Below are positions 4,504 through 5,019 of a DNA stretch of 5,019 nucleotides, in pieces. The DNA is taken from IMG/VR virus record IMGVR_UViG_3300020030_000039, positions 1 through 5,019 of that record, one strand, 5' to 3'. Position 1 is the stretch's first letter. Each line of letters starts with the position of its first letter. A model generated the notes under the pieces. The model did no database searches and was not told the origin of the DNA. It worked only from the letters and a program-made list of their open reading frames with translations. The translations under genes were made by a program, and so were the position numbers. The DNA is from a virus.

Positions 4504-4734
4504 ATGGCTACTGCGGCTTTTCGTCTTACGCTCAAAGATTTTGGCGTCTGTTGGCTCATTCCTGGAGAAGAGAGTTACGTTGGTCGTCGCAAGTTGGTGA
4601 CCTGGACGCTTTATCGTGATCGGCCTTGGGTTGCTTTAGCGTCATTTCAGGTTCGTTCTCGCTCTTCTCGTGAGACGATTCTTCGTGAGCTTCATATTGT
4701 GTGTCTTGAAAAATGCCTTGCTTTCACCCGATAA
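4504..4734 (+). CDS. Hypothetical 76-aa protein (orphan) that overlaps the VP4 start by 22 nt.
   Basis: ATG start. About half of its codons end in T by hand count, as in the bona fide genes. It lies on the coding strand and ends at TAA 4732..4734, inside VP4. I recognise no family. Only a weak GGAA lies 7 nt upstream. Confidence 0.5.
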   Translation: MATAAFRLTLKDFGVCWLIPGEESYVGRRKLVTWTLYRDRPWVALASFQVRSRSSRETILRELHIVCLEKCLAFTR

Positions 4735-5019
4735 CGGCTTATCGTCTTGCCGGTCAGAAGACTAAGGATGGACAACGCAATGCGATAACGTTTGATCCGT
4801 CTAAAGCTATTCCGTTTTCTGAGTTTAAGATTCCTTGCGGCCAGTGCATTGGTTGCAGACTTTCTAAATCTCGCGAATGGGCCGTTCGATGCGTAGTCGA
4901 AGCTAAGTCACATAAGAACAACATGTTTCTTACGCTGACTTATGATGATGCTCATTTGCCTGCTGATGGCTCACTTCATTACGAGCATTTTCAGCTGTTC
5001 ATGAAGCGCATGCGTAAAT
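4713..5019 (+). CDS. VP4: Replication initiator VP4 (HUH rolling-circle endonuclease, phiX174 gpA-like), 5' part. It continues at position 91 of the window; the full gene is 4713..4929 plus 1..701, 305 aa.
   Basis: ATG at 4713 is the first start after an in-frame TGA at 4707. My translation is MPCFHPITAYRLAGQKTKDGQRNAITFDPSKAIPFSEFKIPCGQCIGCRLSKSREWAVRCVVEAKSHKNNMFLTLTYDD.... It contains the CxxCxxC cluster and Rep motif I (FLTLTY) typical of gokushovirus VP4. The frame is open to the window end. Confidence 0.92.
   Translation, partial: MPCFHPITAYRLAGQKTKDGQRNAITFDPSKAIPFSEFKIPCGQCIGCRLSKSREWAVRCVVEAKSHKNNMFLTLTYDDAHLPADGSLHYEHFQLFMKRMRK
4930..5019. repeat. Terminal redundancy, copy 2 (identical to 1..90). 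This reflects assembly or linearisation of a circular genome, not a biological direct repeat.
   Basis: Same comparison as copy 1. The repeat lies inside the VP4 coding sequence (motif FLTLTYDD...KRMRK). Confidence 0.95.

Overview
The window is a complete, circularly closed ssDNA Microviridae genome of the Gokushovirinae type. Bases 1..90 are repeated exactly at 4930..5019, so the unit length is 4929 nt and the replication-initiator gene VP4 runs across the artificial ends. All supported genes lie on the + strand in the order VP4 (HUH Rep), VP5, VP3 (internal scaffold), a 344-nt structured intergenic region, VP1 (major capsid), VP2 (pilot/minor capsid), VP8 (basic DNA-binding peptide), and a 76-aa orphan ORF that overlaps the VP4 start. 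I found no tRNA, rRNA, CRISPR array, integrase or transposase. No recognisable lysis gene is present. The parts worth a second look are outside the six core genes. (1) A perfect 16-bp hairpin carries the phiX174/pC194-type nick motif CTTG/AT in its loop and is flanked by 11-nt direct repeats; it is a candidate Rep origin. (2) A 20-codon, fully hydrophobic micro-ORF with a consensus Shine-Dalgarno sits between VP1 and VP2. (3) A 32-codon cationic amphipathic ORF is ATGA-coupled to the VP2 stop. (4) The 76-aa orphan ORF may be translationally coupled to VP4, which has no Shine-Dalgarno. (5) A promoter-like element followed by a terminator-like hairpin lies just upstream of VP1, suggesting a leader or sRNA. 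(6) Two GCGGCCGC palindromes form an all-GC clamp around the VP5 stop codon. All functional assignments for these extras are hypotheses from sequence reading only; no searches were run.
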